Shown piece after piece: positions 1 through 11,326 of a stretch of DNA of 64,000 bases. Position numbers and translations under genes: made by a program. Location: positions 2,464,001 through 2,528,000 of the forward strand of contig OZ245842.1 in assembly GCA_965228895.1 (NCBI GenBank). Direction: 5' to 3'. Under the pieces are notes generated by a model. The model searched no databases. It was not told the DNA's origin and worked only from the letters and a program-made list of their open reading frames with translations. The stretch is from Alphaproteobacteria bacterium. GTDB taxonomy: Bacteria; Pseudomonadota; Alphaproteobacteria; SP197. Position 1 is the stretch's first letter; each line of letters opens with the position of its first letter.

Positions 1-939
1 CACGGGATCGCCAAAGCCGACCGAAAAAGCTTTGAGCCCGGCATCCGTCGTGACGAAACCGGGATGGCTCCTGCTGATGACGCTGGTGCGCACGAAGAGC
101 GACGTCTCGAACGTCCCGGCGCCGCCGCCACGCAAGTCACAGGCGTTATAGATCGTATCCATGACCACATAGGAACCGGCCTGGATCTCGGTGAACACAC
201 CGCGCGCGCGATCGAGGTCATGGGTGCCGGTGCCGCCGCCCGACACGATACCCGGCGCCATTCCCTTGTCCGCCAACGCATCGCAGACCGCTTTCAAGTG
301 CGCCATGCGGTCATCGGCTTCCTGCCGCCGGGCGTCATAGCCCGTGGTCGCCTGCGCGCTGCCGTCATAGGCCTGAAGACCTTTGAAACTGAGCGAGGCA
401 TGCCCGGCGATTCGCTCGGCAAGGGCCACCGCGTCATCCAGCGCGACGACACCGGTCCGCTCGCTGCCGACTTCAATGTCGATGAGGACGCCAAGAGGCC
501 GCTCGGGCGACATGGCCGTTGCCAGCGCATCAACGTTGTCGCCGTCGTCGACAATGACCATCAAACCCTCTGCCCGATCGTTCAGCGCCACGAGACGCGC
601 GATCTTGTCGGCCGTGACGATGGTCGATGTCAGCAGGACACCTGAAATGCCGCCGGCGACCAGCACTTCCGCCTCGCCCAGCGTCGCACAGCAGTTGCCA
701 AGCGCGCCGGCGGCGACCTGACGCCTGGCGATCTCGACGCATTTGTGGGTCTTGGCGTGCGGTCTAAGCCCCAGGCCAGCGCCACTCGCCCAGGCCGCCA
801 TGTCGGCGAGGTTGCGCTCGAAAGCAGGCAGATCGAGCAGCAAGGCCGGCGTTGCCAAGTGCGCGCGCGAGCCGGGCTTACCAACAAGCCCGGCATTGGG
901 TCGCGCGGCGAGTGGCGGCCGTAACTCGGTGATGGTCAT
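1..939 (-). CDS. DSD1-family PLP-dependent enzyme (D-threonine aldolase / D-serine dehydratase-like), 3' end beyond window start
   Basis: Not in ORF track. Manual translation from ATG at 939 gives MTITELRPP...LATPALLLDLPAFERNL...LRPHAKTHKC; the same frame at the window edge reads VTTDAGLKAFS. RPHxKTHK is the PLP-lysine motif of this fold-type III family. Confidence 0.85.
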   Translation of the reverse strand, partial: MTITELRPPLAARPNAGLVGKPGSRAHLATPALLLDLPAFERNLADMAAWASGAGLGLRPHAKTHKCVEIARRQVAAGALGNCCATLGEAEVLVAGGISGVLLTSTIVTADKIARLVALNDRAEGLMVIVDDGDNVDALATAMSPERPLGVLIDIEVGSERTGVVALDDAVALAERIAGHASLSFKGLQAYDGSAQATTGYDARRQEADDRMAHLKAVCDALADKGMAPGIVSGGGTGTHDLDRARGVFTEIQAGSYVVMDTIYNACDLRGGGAGTFETSLFVRTSVISRSHPGFVTTDAGLKAFSVGFGDPV

Positions 940-1007
940 GCGGGCATTCCAGGTCCACTGTGGGTGTGACAGAATTCCAGAACTGTCATCGCGGGACAAC
1001 AACGACC

Positions 1008-1640
1008 ATGCCGACCATTGACCAGAACCACGACGTCTTTCTTGTTATCGATGTTCAAAACGACTTCTGCGAAGGCGGCGCGCTGGCCGTGCCGGAGGGC
1101 GATGTCGTGGTGCCAATCATCAATCGGGTCGCGGGGTCATTTGCCCATCAGGTGCTGTCCCAGGATTGGCACCCGCCCGGCCATGCAACCTTCGCGTCGT
1201 CGCACGCGGGACACCAGCCCTTCGAAACCATCCAGATGCCCTACGGACCACAAACCCTGTGGCCCGACCACTGTATTCAGCAAACGCGCGGTGCGGCGTT
1301 TCACGACGACTTAGACTTGCCGGGTGCGGAACTGATCGTACGCAAGGGGCACAACCGCGATATCGATTCCTATTCCGCGTTCTTCGAAAATGACCACACA
1401 ACGCCGACCGGTTTGGCCGGTTATCTGCGCGAGCGCGGCTTCAAACGTGTGTTCCTGGCTGGCCTTGCCTTTGACTTTTGCGTTCAGTTTTCCGCCCTGG
1501 ATGCGGTCGCCCAAGGTTTCCAGGCGATTGTCCTGACCGATGCCTGCCGCTCGATCGACCTGGAGGGCTCACATGATTTGGCCGTCGAGGCCAAGCGCAA
1601 CGCCGGTGTTGAGTTGATGACCTCCGACCAGATCGCCTGA
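1008..1640 (+). CDS. pncA: Nicotinamidase/pyrazinamidase
   Basis: IDVQNDF, QDWHP, LWPDHC, RKG..DSYSAF and GLAFDFCV isochorismatase-family motifs; start moved to ATG 1008. Confidence 0.92.
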   Translation: MPTIDQNHDVFLVIDVQNDFCEGGALAVPEGDVVVPIINRVAGSFAHQVLSQDWHPPGHATFASSHAGHQPFETIQMPYGPQTLWPDHCIQQTRGAAFHDDLDLPGAELIVRKGHNRDIDSYSAFFENDHTTPTGLAGYLRERGFKRVFLAGLAFDFCVQFSALDAVAQGFQAIVLTDACRSIDLEGSHDLAVEAKRNAGVELMTSDQIA

Positions 1641-1647
1641 AACCGGA

Positions 1648-2181
1648 CTAGGCCTTGGGATCGCGCGGCTTGTAGGGCACGAGTTTGCGGATCACAAAAG
1701 CGAGCAAGATCATCGCGGCCCCGACCGCAAAGACGATCAAGCCGATGCCTTGCCACGATCGGTCGGTCTCGGTCACATCGTCATAGATTTCTTGATAGGT
1801 AACGACGGTACTTTCTTCCGCGCCGCGCGGGTCGTGCTCGACAAGCCCCCAAATCGCACGCGGCGTGTCGGGGCCGCCAGCGTCGTTCTTGTCGTACCAG
1901 ACATCGACCTCGCGATAGATACCGACCCGGTCCCGCACTTCGACATACATGGGGTAGTCGGCGATGTAGCGATAAAGTTGTTCGTTATCACGGAATTTGA
2001 GCAGCACGATGTCGGTGCCGTTGAAGTCCTTTTCGAGACGGACGCCAACCAGAAACCCCTCATACTTGACGAGATCATCTTCGGAGGGCTCGTTGGGTTG
2101 GTGGAGGACATAAAGCGCACCGCCCACGAGGGCAGCGGCGATACCCCAAAAATAGAGCCATCCAGCAAAGACGCGAATCAT
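1648..2181 (-). CDS. Hypothetical membrane protein (N- and C-terminal TM helices)
   Basis: 177-aa ORF with hydrophobic ends and host-like codon use. Confidence 0.7.
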   Translation of the reverse strand: MIRVFAGWLYFWGIAAALVGGALYVLHQPNEPSEDDLVKYEGFLVGVRLEKDFNGTDIVLLKFRDNEQLYRYIADYPMYVEVRDRVGIYREVDVWYDKNDAGGPDTPRAIWGLVEHDPRGAEESTVVTYQEIYDDVTETDRSWQGIGLIVFAVGAAMILLAFVIRKLVPYKPRDPKA

Positions 2182-2229
2182 CGGTGATTTCCGCTACTTG
2201 TTGATTGGTTGTTACGTCAGGACGTTTTC

Positions 2230-2751
2230 TTAGGCAACCGGCTCGTCCTCAGGCACGTGAAAGGCCTCCAGATGGCCGACCCCCTTGCCGACGGCCCCCC
2301 AACTTGCGTCGCCGAAGGTCAGCGTCGCCAGACCACTGGTCGGAAACTTCCGATCGATCCGATCCCTGGCATCACCCGTCGCGGTCATGGCGAGTGTCAG
2401 GGCAAGCAGGCGCAAAGTCGGGTCATGGCCAACCAGCATGACATTGTCGTAGCGCTCATCGACCGCGCGGAGCAGCGCAAGGGCGTCATCGACGTCCGCG
2501 CCGTAGATCCGTTCGTCGACTTTCAACTCCGGATCGCCCAGGGCGGGGGCAACGATATCGTAAGTCTGCCGTGCCCGGAGCGCCGAGGAACACAGGACTA
2601 GGTCAGCACGAATGCCGTTTTCAGCCAGAAAGTCGCGCAACCGGCCTGCACGCTTCTGACCTTTCGCCTGAAGCGGACGATCATGATCGCTGAGCGAAGC
2701 GTCGGCCCAGCTCGACTTGGCATGGCGGAGCAGATAAAGGGCTTTGGTCAT
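2230..2751 (-). CDS. sixA: SixA-like histidine phosphatase
   Basis: LLRHAKS, D.DRPL..KG, CSSALRARQT, MLVGHDP motifs; divergent from ppk1. Confidence 0.8.
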   Translation of the reverse strand: MTKALYLLRHAKSSWADASLSDHDRPLQAKGQKRAGRLRDFLAENGIRADLVLCSSALRARQTYDIVAPALGDPELKVDERIYGADVDDALALLRAVDERYDNVMLVGHDPTLRLLALTLAMTATGDARDRIDRKFPTSGLATLTFGDASWGAVGKGVGHLEAFHVPEDEPVA

Positions 2752-2877
2752 TGGCGCTCGTCCCCACAGGCATAGGTTGTCACGGAAGTTTCACAGATTC
2801 CGCTGCAACCGTATAAGCTAAAAGCAACATACGGGAATGTCGCCGCTGTCGGTGACAATTCGTAACGGTTCTGCAGC

Positions 2878-5064
2878 ATGAATGAAGCACTAAAAACGGC
2901 CGACCTCGTCCAGACCGACGCCTTTGAGGCCCAAGCCACCGATCAGGCCCCGGCCCCACCGGTGGAGGGACGCTATATCAATCGCGAGCTTTCCTGGCTG
3001 GCGTTCAACGCCCGGGTTCTCGAAGAAGCCGACAATCCCAATCACCCGTTGCTGGAACGCCTTCGATTTCTGTCGATTTCAGCCAAGAATCTCGACGAAT
3101 TCATGATGGTTCGGGTCGCCGGCCTGAAGGCCCAAGTCGACGTCAACGTGACGACACCCAGCATCGATGGCCTGTCGCCGTTGCAGCAGATCGCAGCGAT
3201 CAAGCTCAAGTCCGACGCGCTGGTTGACCAGCAATACCGAATCTGGCGGACGTTACGCGACCAGTTGAACGAGGCCGGCATTGCCGTGATCGGCGAAAGC
3301 CAGCTGGCCGACGCGGACCTCGCGTGGCTGGAAACCTGGTTCAAATCCGAAATCGAACCAATTCTGACGCCGATGGCGATCGACCCGGTTCATCCGTTCC
3401 CCTTCATTCCCAATTTTGGTTTTGGCCTGGTGCTGAAGCTGCATCGCGCGCAGCAGGATGAGCCCGTCTATACGATCATCCGCATCCCCCAGCAGACCGA
3501 CCGCTTTGTGCGCATACCTGGTGATGAGCTGCGCTTTCTTCCGCTGGAGCAGGCCGTCCACATGCAGTTGAAGCGCCTGTTCCCCGGTTTCCGTATTTTG
3601 TCGACCGGCTACTTCCGGATTGTCCGCGATAGCGAGATCGAGATTGACGAAGAGGCCGAAGACCTGGTTCGCAACTTCGAGACCGCACTGAAGCGTCGCC
3701 GCCGCGGCAGTGTCACGCAGCTTGATGTCGACAGCGCGATGCCCGACGACCTCAAGTCATTTCTGATGGATCGCCTGGACGTCGACGAAGACGACGTGAC
3801 CGAGGTCGACGGCGAGCTGGGCCTGGGCGAAACCGAACAGCTCATCATCAAGGACTTCCCCGAGCTGTTGTTCGAACCCTATACGCCGCGCTTCCCCGAA
3901 CGCATCCGCGATTTCGGTGGCGATTGTTTCGATGCCATCAGGGCCAAAGACATCATCGTCCATCACCCGTTCGAGAGCTTTGATGTTGTCGTCCAGTTCT
4001 TGAACCAGGCGGTGCGCGACCCGGCGGTTGTCGCCATCAAGCAGACGCTTTACCGCACCAGTCAGAACTCGCCGATCGTGAAGGCGCTGATCGAGGCGGC
4101 GGAAGCCGGCAAGTCGGTGACGGCCGTGGTCGAACTGAAGGCCCGCTTCGATGAGGAAGCCAACATCCGCTGGGCCAAGGACTTGGAGCGCGCAGGCGCG
4201 CAGGTCGTCTATGGCCTGGTCGACCTGAAGACCCACGCCAAGATCTCGCTCGTTGTCCGCCGCGAAGGCGGCGACCTCGTCAGTTATGTGCACTATGGGA
4301 CCGGCAATTATCATCCGATCACCGCACGTATCTATACGGATCTCTCGTTGTTCACCGTCGACCCGGCTTTGTGCCGCGACGCCAACCGCATCTTCAACTA
4401 TCTCACCGGTTATATCCGCCCACGCGGTCTGGAGAGAGTACAGATGGCGCCCGTCAACCTCCGCTCGACGCTGGAGAAGCTGATCGCCGCCGAGGTCGAG
4501 AACGCGCGCAAAGGCAGGCCATCCGGCATCTGGGCCAAGTTCAACTCACTGGTCGACCCCGACATGATCGACCTGCTTTACGAAGCATCGAACGCCGGTG
4601 TCGCCATCGAACTGGTTGTGCGTGGCGTCTGCTGTCTTAGGCCGGGCGTGCCCGGCATGTCGGAGAACATCTCGGTCAAGAGCATCGTCGGCAGGTTTCT
4701 GGAGCACTCGCGCGTCTTCTGCTTTGCCAACGGTCACGATCTGCCGTCCGGCCACGCCAAAGTCTTCATCTCTTCGGCGGACTGGATGCCACGCAACCTG
4801 GATTGGCGTGTCGAGACCATGGTGCCGGTGCGAAACGCCACGGTTCATCGCCAAGTGCTCGACCAGATCATGGTTGCCAATATCAAGGATGTCGATCAGT
4901 CTTGGGAGTTGCAGGCGGACGGCAGCTATCGCCGTCTTGAAGCAGGGGAAGCTTCGTTTAGTGCCCATAGGTTTTTCATGACAAATCCGAGTCTTTCCGG
5001 CCGGGGTAGTGCCTTGCGCAAGCAGATTCGCGCCGGCAATGTCGGTAGCGCCGCCAGCGGATGA
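2878..5064 (+). CDS. ppk1: Polyphosphate kinase 1
   Basis: [61 protein letters not shown] motifs. Confidence 0.97.
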   Translation: MNEALKTADLVQTDAFEAQATDQAPAPPVEGRYINRELSWLAFNARVLEEADNPNHPLLERLRFLSISAKNLDEFMMVRVAGLKAQVDVNVTTPSIDGLSPLQQIAAIKLKSDALVDQQYRIWRTLRDQLNEAGIAVIGESQLADADLAWLETWFKSEIEPILTPMAIDPVHPFPFIPNFGFGLVLKLHRAQQDEPVYTIIRIPQQTDRFVRIPGDELRFLPLEQAVHMQLKRLFPGFRILSTGYFRIVRDSEIEIDEEAEDLVRNFETALKRRRRGSVTQLDVDSAMPDDLKSFLMDRLDVDEDDVTEVDGELGLGETEQLIIKDFPELLFEPYTPRFPERIRDFGGDCFDAIRAKDIIVHHPFESFDVVVQFLNQAVRDPAVVAIKQTLYRTSQNSPIVKALIEAAEAGKSVTAVVELKARFDEEANIRWAKDLERAGAQVVYGLVDLKTHAKISLVVRREGGDLVSYVHYGTGNYHPITARIYTDLSLFTVDPALCRDANRIFNYLTGYIRPRGLERVQMAPVNLRSTLEKLIAAEVENARKGRPSGIWAKFNSLVDPDMIDLLYEASNAGVAIELVVRGVCCLRPGVPGMSENISVKSIVGRFLEHSRVFCFANGHDLPSGHAKVFISSADWMPRNLDWRVETMVPVRNATVHRQVLDQIMVANIKDVDQSWELQADGSYRRLEAGEASFSAHRFFMTNPSLSGRGSALRKQIRAGNVGSAASG

Positions 5065-6602
5065 CGCTGCGCGTTGCGTCCATATCGGGCGGATTGGACA
5101 GACGCCGTGTCGGCGTCATCGATATCGGCTCGAACTCGATCCGCCTGGTTGTCTACGACGGGCTGACTCGCGCCCCGATACCCCTGCTCAATCAGAAGAT
5201 AACCGTCGGTCTGGGTGGTGATCTCGAACAAACGGGCCGCCTTGACGATGCTGCCCTGGAACACGGCATTCAGGCGGTCGCTGTCTTGGTGCGTATGGCC
5301 GAGACCATGGACGTCCACAACGTCGAATTGCTGGCCACGTCAGCGGTACGTGACGCGAAGAACGGCGCGGAATTCCGCCTGAGAGTCGAGAAGGAATGTG
5401 GACGCCCAGTACGCGTACTGACCGGCGAAGAAGAGGCCCGCATGTCGGCCATTGGCGTCATCTCGGCCATGCCGACGGCGACCGGCATCATCGGTGATCT
5501 GGGCGGCGGAAGCTTGGAGCTGGTCGCCGTCGAAAACGGCCAGATGCGCGAAAGTGTGTCGCTGCCGCTCGGCCCGCTGCGCCTGGTGTCGCGCGCAGGC
5601 TCCAGCATCTCGAAAGCACGCAAGATCATCGACGCGGAAATCGAACCGCTCGAATGGCTGGAAAGCCGGTTGAAGGGCGAGACCTTGTTTGTGGTCGGCG
5701 GTGCATGGCGCGCGGTCGCCCGCGTCCATATGGCGCACACCGATTATCCACTCCGGATCGTCCACGGCTACGCCATGGACCGCCGCGACGCCCGAGACTT
5801 CGGCAATATGTTGATCAAACTCAGCCAGGGCACGTTGGCGCAGATCGAGGCGGTGTCGCGCAAACGTGCGGACACCTTGCCCTGGGCAGCGTTGGTCATG
5901 GAAAAAGTCCTGAAGATGGGCAAGCCTGCCGGCGTGCACTATTCCGCCCAGGGACTGCGCGAGGGCTTTCACTTCATGCAGCTTGACCTTGCCACCCGCG
6001 ACCGCGATCCGCTGCTTAGCGCCTGCATGGAAACGGTAAGCCACGAGCACCGCTTTGACGACCACACCGGCGTCATGGAGAGCTGGATGGCCCCGCTCTT
6101 CGCCGACGACACCCCGCAGTTCGCGCGGCTACGCCACGCGGCCTGCATCTTGAACGATATCGGCTGGCACGAACATCCGGAGTACCGGGCGGAACAATCC
6201 ATGCTCCGTGTATTGCGCATGCCGTGGTCAGTCCTGGATCATATGGAGCGTGCGTTCCTGGCGCTGACAATCTTCATCCGTTACGGCGGCAGCATCGGCG
6301 ACCCATCAGCCGATATCGCCCGCCGCTTGCTATCGGGCGACCAGATCCGCGTCGCGACGACAATCGGTAAAGCTATCCGGTTGGCGTGGGCGCTTACCGG
6401 CAGCCAGGGTCATCTGTTGGCAAGAAGCCCCATGAGCATGGACGACGACTGCCTGACGCTGCGGCTGCTCGATCCGGACTCGATACCGGCCAAAGATCGC
6501 ATGGAGCGCTATGCCGCCTCGCTAGGCCGCGTCCTGAACCTGGATGTCAACATCGTCATTCGCGAAGACGACCCGCTCAAACGAAACGGGACCGCGCAGT
6601 AG
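5061..6602 (+). CDS. ppx: Exopolyphosphatase Ppx/GppA
   Basis: [41 protein letters not shown]; ATGA overlap with ppk1. Confidence 0.93.
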   Translation: MTLRVASISGGLDRRRVGVIDIGSNSIRLVVYDGLTRAPIPLLNQKITVGLGGDLEQTGRLDDAALEHGIQAVAVLVRMAETMDVHNVELLATSAVRDAKNGAEFRLRVEKECGRPVRVLTGEEEARMSAIGVISAMPTATGIIGDLGGGSLELVAVENGQMRESVSLPLGPLRLVSRAGSSISKARKIIDAEIEPLEWLESRLKGETLFVVGGAWRAVARVHMAHTDYPLRIVHGYAMDRRDARDFGNMLIKLSQGTLAQIEAVSRKRADTLPWAALVMEKVLKMGKPAGVHYSAQGLREGFHFMQLDLATRDRDPLLSACMETVSHEHRFDDHTGVMESWMAPLFADDTPQFARLRHAACILNDIGWHEHPEYRAEQSMLRVLRMPWSVLDHMERAFLALTIFIRYGGSIGDPSADIARRLLSGDQIRVATTIGKAIRLAWALTGSQGHLLARSPMSMDDDCLTLRLLDPDSIPAKDRMERYAASLGRVLNLDVNIVIREDDPLKRNGTAQ

Positions 6603-6650
6603 ATACTGCACGGCCCCGCGTTTCGTCTTTCCGCCCGAATGGGCGTCAGA

Positions 6651-8045
6651 TCAGTCCTTGCCGTCCCAGACGCCTTCGCGAACGAGATCGTCGGCGACTT
6701 CGCGGATCGAACGATCCATGATCCCGACCATGTCATCGACCTGTTGTTTGGTGATGATGATGGGCGGCGAGAACACGCACAGATGCATGAACGGCCGCAG
6801 GATCAAGCCGTACTCCTGACACTTGCTGTCCAGGCGCTTGCCCAGTTCGAGTTCCTTGCCGAAGGCCTCTTTGGTCTTCTTGCTGGAAACGCACTCGACA
6901 CAGCCCATGATGCCGACGCCGCGGACGTCGCCGACCATCGGCAGATCGGCAAGGCTCTTCAGCTTGTCCTGGAAGTAGACACCGACATCGCGGGAGTGCT
7001 CCATGATGTGGTCGCGCTCCATGATCTCGATGTTCTTGAGCGCGGCCGCCATGGCGACGGGATGGCCGGAATAAGTGAAACCGTTCGAGAACGTCGCGCT
7101 CTCGCCGGCCTTGTCGATAACATCCTGGTGGAGCTTTTCGGAGAACGCCGTCAGGCCCGCCGGAATGTAACCCGACGTGAAACCCTTCGCCGCGGTGATG
7201 ATGTCCGGCACAATGCCGAAGACCGGTTCCGATGCGAAGAAATGGCCCATCCGGCCAAAGCCGGTCACCACCTCGTCAGAGATGTAGAGGACGTTGTACT
7301 TGCGGCAGACCTCCAGGCAACCGGCCTGGTAACCCTCGGGCGGCACCACGACGCCGCCGGAAGCCAGCACCGGTTCGGCGATAAAACAGGCGACCTTCTC
7401 GGGGCCGACTTCAAGGATCTTGTCTTCAAGTTCCTTGACCTTGGCGTCCTTGAACTCTTCCTCGCTCATGCCGTCCGGGCGGCGATAGGTGTTGGGCGAC
7501 GAGATGTGATGGATGAAGTCTTGGACCAGCTCCATGCGGTCGTCGTTGCCCGGCTTGCCACAGATCGATGCCGCGAGGTACGTGCTGCCGTGGTAGGCGT
7601 CTTCGCGGGTAATGATGTGCTTCTTTTCCGGCTGCTCCATGACATTGAAGTAGAAATGCACGAAGCGGATGGCCGAATCGTTCGCCGTCGAACCACCGGT
7701 TGAATAGAAGAACCGGTTGAGGTCGCCCGGCGTCAGAGTCGCCAGCTTGGCCGACAGTTCGGCATGGGGCGGGGTCGCCATCGACCATGGCGAGTAGTAG
7801 ACCATGCGGCGTACCTGATCGGCGATCGCCTGGGCCATTTCCTCGTTGCCATAACCGATCTGGACGGCCCACATGCCGCCGATGCCGTCGATGAACTTGT
7901 TACCTTCGGTATCGACGACGTAAATCCCTTCAGAATCGGCGAGCATCGTATGGTCGCCACGGCCGAACTCGTGCCAGGGATGCATGGCATGCGCCTTGTC
8001 CTTGGCCAGAAGGTCGTCTTTGTCAAAATGCAGATTGCTTCTCAC
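6651..8045 (-). CDS. Class III (omega-amino acid/polyamine-type) aminotransferase
   Basis: DGIGGMW, AYHGST, FIAEPV, DEVVTGFGR, AAKGFTSGYIP, GFTYSGHP motifs; GTG start at 8045 after AGGTG preferred over the longest ORF (8174). Confidence 0.9.
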   Translation of the reverse strand: MRSNLHFDKDDLLAKDKAHAMHPWHEFGRGDHTMLADSEGIYVVDTEGNKFIDGIGGMWAVQIGYGNEEMAQAIADQVRRMVYYSPWSMATPPHAELSAKLATLTPGDLNRFFYSTGGSTANDSAIRFVHFYFNVMEQPEKKHIITREDAYHGSTYLAASICGKPGNDDRMELVQDFIHHISSPNTYRRPDGMSEEEFKDAKVKELEDKILEVGPEKVACFIAEPVLASGGVVVPPEGYQAGCLEVCRKYNVLYISDEVVTGFGRMGHFFASEPVFGIVPDIITAAKGFTSGYIPAGLTAFSEKLHQDVIDKAGESATFSNGFTYSGHPVAMAAALKNIEIMERDHIMEHSRDVGVYFQDKLKSLADLPMVGDVRGVGIMGCVECVSSKKTKEAFGKELELGKRLDSKCQEYGLILRPFMHLCVFSPPIIITKQQVDDMVGIMDRSIREVADDLVREGVWDGKD

Positions 8046-8298
8046 GTCAGCACCTATGTGTCGTTTTGCCTTTGCAGCGACGCCGCCCATCGGCGCCGCC
8101 GGCTTCGGCCCGCGCAAAAGCGAGCCGACGCTATTCGTGGAGGACCCGATCTTCTGCGGCGAAGAGCCTCCCACCCCGGCCCGTCTCGCGCCTCATGCTG
8201 AGAGGCCACGGGAGGTGCGAACCCTGTTAAGATAGGGGCTCCGACCCGATAGCGGCAACCCCTAAACCCCGGAAAACTAGCATTTCAGGAGACCACCC

Positions 8299-8595
8299 AT
8301 GACCTTGGCCGTTCCCACCGTCCAGGTGGACAACGAAACGTCGATTGTGACGGAGTGGCGATTTTCACCCGGGGCAAACACCGGCTGGCATCAGCACATG
8401 TATGACTACGTGGTCATTCCCATGACATCGGGCACCTTGCGGCTCAAATCACCGGACGGCGAACACGAGGCGGAACTGACCGCCGGCAAGGCCTATTATC
8501 GACAGGCCGGGATCGAACACGACGTGATCAATGCCAACGATTACGAGTTCGTGTTCGTCGAGGTCGAACTGAAGGACCGCCCGCTTTCTACCTGA
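8299..8595 (+). CDS. Cupin-domain protein (BauB-like)
   Basis: VTEWRFSPGANTGWHQHMYDYVV..AGIEHDVINAN pattern; AGGAG RBS. Confidence 0.8.
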   Translation: MTLAVPTVQVDNETSIVTEWRFSPGANTGWHQHMYDYVVIPMTSGTLRLKSPDGEHEAELTAGKAYYRQAGIEHDVINANDYEFVFVEVELKDRPLST

Positions 8596-8699
8596 CAAAT
8601 CTGTGCTTTTCGCCTGCTTGACGTTTCCTGACAGCCAACTAGTGTGCACCGGAAATCCGCTCCTGCCGCCGCACCACATCTTAAGGACCGGTATCTGCC

Positions 8700-9701
8700 A
8701 TGACAGTGCATGACGGCATCGTGCCGCTTGTCGGCAATACGCCCTTGATTCGTCTCAAAGGGCCGTCAGACAAGACGGGATGCAACATTCTCGGCAAGTG
8801 CGAGTTTTTGAACCCCGGCCAGTCGGTCAAGGACCGGGCGGCGCTTTGGATCATTCGCGACGCCGAGAAACGCGGCGAGCTGAAACCCGGCGGCGTTATT
8901 GTCGAGGGCACGGCGGGCAATACCGGGATCGGACTGTGTACGGTCGGCAACGCGTTGGGTTATCGCTGTGTCATCGTGATGCCGGAAACCCAGAGCCAGG
9001 AAAAGAAGGATACGCTGCGGGCGCTCGGCGCCGACCTCCACCTAACGCCGGCAGCCCCCTACAAGGACCTGCGCAACTACATCCGCACGTCAGAGCGGAT
9101 GGCGGGCGAGATTGCCGAGCGGGAAGCCAACGGCGCGATCTGGGCCAACCAATTCGATAACGTGGCCAACCGCCAGGCCCATATCGACAGCACGGGACCG
9201 GAGATCTGGGACCAGACCGGCGGCGAGGTCGACGCCTTCGTCTCGGCCATCGGCACCGGCGGTACGCTTTCCGGTGTCGGCATGGCGCTGAAGGAGCACA
9301 ACCAGGACATCCAGATCGTCATGTCCGACCCCTATGGCTCATGCATGTACAACTGGTTCAAGACCGGCGAATTGAAATCCGAAGGCAGCTCGATCTCGGA
9401 AGGCATCGGCCAGGGTCGCGTCACCAAGAACCTGGAGGACGCCCCGATCGATCAGGCCTATCAGGTCAGCGATGTCGAGATGCTGGAGGTCGTGTTCGAC
9501 CTTCTGCAGCACGAGGGACTGTGTGTCGGCGGGTCAACCGGCATCAACGTTGCCGGCGCCGTCAAGGTCGCCAAGGAACTGGGCCCCGGCCACACCATCG
9601 TGACGATCCTGTGCGACTACGGCACCCGGTATCACAGCAAGATCTTCAATCCGGCCTTCTTGCGTGAACGCAACCTTCCCTCGCCGCCCTGGATGACGTA
9701 G
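8700..9701 (+). CDS. cysK: Cysteine synthase A
   Basis: KCEFLNPGQSVKDRAA, EGTAGNTGIG, GTGGT, EGIG motifs. Confidence 0.93.
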   Translation: MTVHDGIVPLVGNTPLIRLKGPSDKTGCNILGKCEFLNPGQSVKDRAALWIIRDAEKRGELKPGGVIVEGTAGNTGIGLCTVGNALGYRCVIVMPETQSQEKKDTLRALGADLHLTPAAPYKDLRNYIRTSERMAGEIAEREANGAIWANQFDNVANRQAHIDSTGPEIWDQTGGEVDAFVSAIGTGGTLSGVGMALKEHNQDIQIVMSDPYGSCMYNWFKTGELKSEGSSISEGIGQGRVTKNLEDAPIDQAYQVSDVEMLEVVFDLLQHEGLCVGGSTGINVAGAVKVAKELGPGHTIVTILCDYGTRYHSKIFNPAFLRERNLPSPPWMT

Positions 9702-9712
9702 AGACCAGCGGC

Positions 9713-10423
9713 ATGGAACTGCTTTTTCGTGATGATGCCTATCAACGATCCTGCGACGCCGTGGTGACGCAGGTCGACGACGACGGCATTCGCCTCGACA
9801 AGACCGTGTTCTATCCGACCGGCGGCGGCCAGCCGGGCGACAGCGGCACACTGACCCTGGCCGACGGCCGGAGCCTCACGATTGAGACGGCGCGTAAAGG
9901 CACCGATCACGAGGACGTCGTCCATGTGCCCGCTGCCGATCAGCCGGCGCCCGGTGTCGGCGACACCGTGACCGCCACGATCGACTGGGATCGCCGCTAT
10001 CGTCACATGCGCATGCACACCTGCCTTCACCTGCTGTCGGCGATCATCAAGGCGCCGGTGACCGGCGGCCAGGTCAGCGAGGCCCGCAGCCGGCTGGACT
10101 TCGACTGGCCCGATGCCAATTTGACGAAGGAAGAAATCACCGAGGGCCTCAATCGTCTGGTGTCCGAGAACCATGCGGTGCAGCCGCGCTGGATCACCGA
10201 TGAGGAGCTTGCCGAGCAGCCGGAGCTGGTGCGCACCATGTCGGTCAAACCGCCAACCGGTGCCGGCCATGTGCGGCTGCTCGACATCGACGGGGTCGAT
10301 CTGCAGCCCTGTGGCGGCACCCACGTTCGCAGTACTGGTGAAATCGGCGCCGTCCAGGTCGCCAAAATCGAAAACAAGGGACGGCAGAACCGGCGCGTCA
10401 GCGTCGTCCTGCTCGAAGACTAG
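9713..10423 (+). CDS. alaX: Alanyl-tRNA editing protein AlaX
   Basis: TVFYPTGGGQPGD, MRMHTCLHLL (HxxxH), QPCGGTHV (CxxxH). Confidence 0.92.
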   Translation: MELLFRDDAYQRSCDAVVTQVDDDGIRLDKTVFYPTGGGQPGDSGTLTLADGRSLTIETARKGTDHEDVVHVPAADQPAPGVGDTVTATIDWDRRYRHMRMHTCLHLLSAIIKAPVTGGQVSEARSRLDFDWPDANLTKEEITEGLNRLVSENHAVQPRWITDEELAEQPELVRTMSVKPPTGAGHVRLLDIDGVDLQPCGGTHVRSTGEIGAVQVAKIENKGRQNRRVSVVLLED

Positions 10424-10432
10424 GAGGAGCCT

Positions 10433-11287
10433 GTGGCCAATTCCGATGCCCTGGTGAGCACCGAATGGCTCGCCCAGCATCTCACCTCACCCGACGTGCG
10501 GGTGGTCGATGGATCGTGGTACCTGCCGACCGAGGAACGGGACCCGCGCGCCGAGTACGAAGAACAGCATATCGCCGGCGCCGTCTTTTTCGATATCGAC
10601 GATATCGCTGACGAGACCAGCGATCTCCCCCACATGCTGCCCAGCCCGGAGAAGTTCTCCTCGCATGTGCGCAAATTGGGGTTGGGCGATGGCGTGCGTA
10701 TCGTTGTCTACGACGGCGGGAACATGATGGCAGCGGCACGGGTCTGGTGGATGTTCCGCGTCTTCGGCCATAACGACGTCGCGGTCCTGGACGGCGGTTT
10801 GGCCAAATGGCTCGCCGAGGGACGCCCGGTCACCGACGAAGTGACGACGCCCAAGGAACGCCATTTTACCGCGCGCTTGAACACATTCCTGGTGCGCGAT
10901 CTCAACCAGGTCCGCGCCAACCTCGACAGCCAGCGCGAACAGGTGATCGACGCGCGCGGCGCCGGGCGGTTCACGGGCGAGGAACCAGAGATCCGGCCCG
11001 GTATCCGTGGCGGCCATATTCCCGGCAGCAGCAACCTGCCCTATGGCAATCTGCTGAACCCGGCCGATGGTACGGTGGTCGATGCGGACGCGATCGCCGC
11101 GGCGTTTGCCGGTGTCGGTGTCGATCCCAAGAAATCGATCGTCACGACCTGTGGCTCCGGCATCAGCGCGACCTTTCTGGCGCTCGCGCTTCATCTGATC
11201 GGCAGCAAAAAGGTTGCCGTCTATGACGGCTCCTGGACCGAGTGGGGCGGACACGACGATACGCCCGTCGCTACCGGCCCGGCTTAA
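10433..11287 (+). CDS. sseA: 3-mercaptopyruvate sulfurtransferase
   Basis: Tandem rhodanese; LVSTEWL, HMLP, CGSGISA active loop, YDGSWTEW. Confidence 0.93.
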   Translation: MANSDALVSTEWLAQHLTSPDVRVVDGSWYLPTEERDPRAEYEEQHIAGAVFFDIDDIADETSDLPHMLPSPEKFSSHVRKLGLGDGVRIVVYDGGNMMAAARVWWMFRVFGHNDVAVLDGGLAKWLAEGRPVTDEVTTPKERHFTARLNTFLVRDLNQVRANLDSQREQVIDARGAGRFTGEEPEIRPGIRGGHIPGSSNLPYGNLLNPADGTVVDADAIAAAFAGVGVDPKKSIVTTCGSGISATFLALALHLIGSKKVAVYDGSWTEWGGHDDTPVATGPA

Positions 11288-11326
11288 GCCAGCCAGGACG
11301 AAAACTCAGACGCGGATGGCAGCACG

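Noticed and set aside
64-645. 193-aa plus-strand ORF and the many other long antisense ORFs in the track (e.g. 6639-7703, 18973-20472, 33267-34808)
   Set aside because: Shadow ORFs opposite well-supported genes, expected in high-GC DNA; no recognisable motifs.
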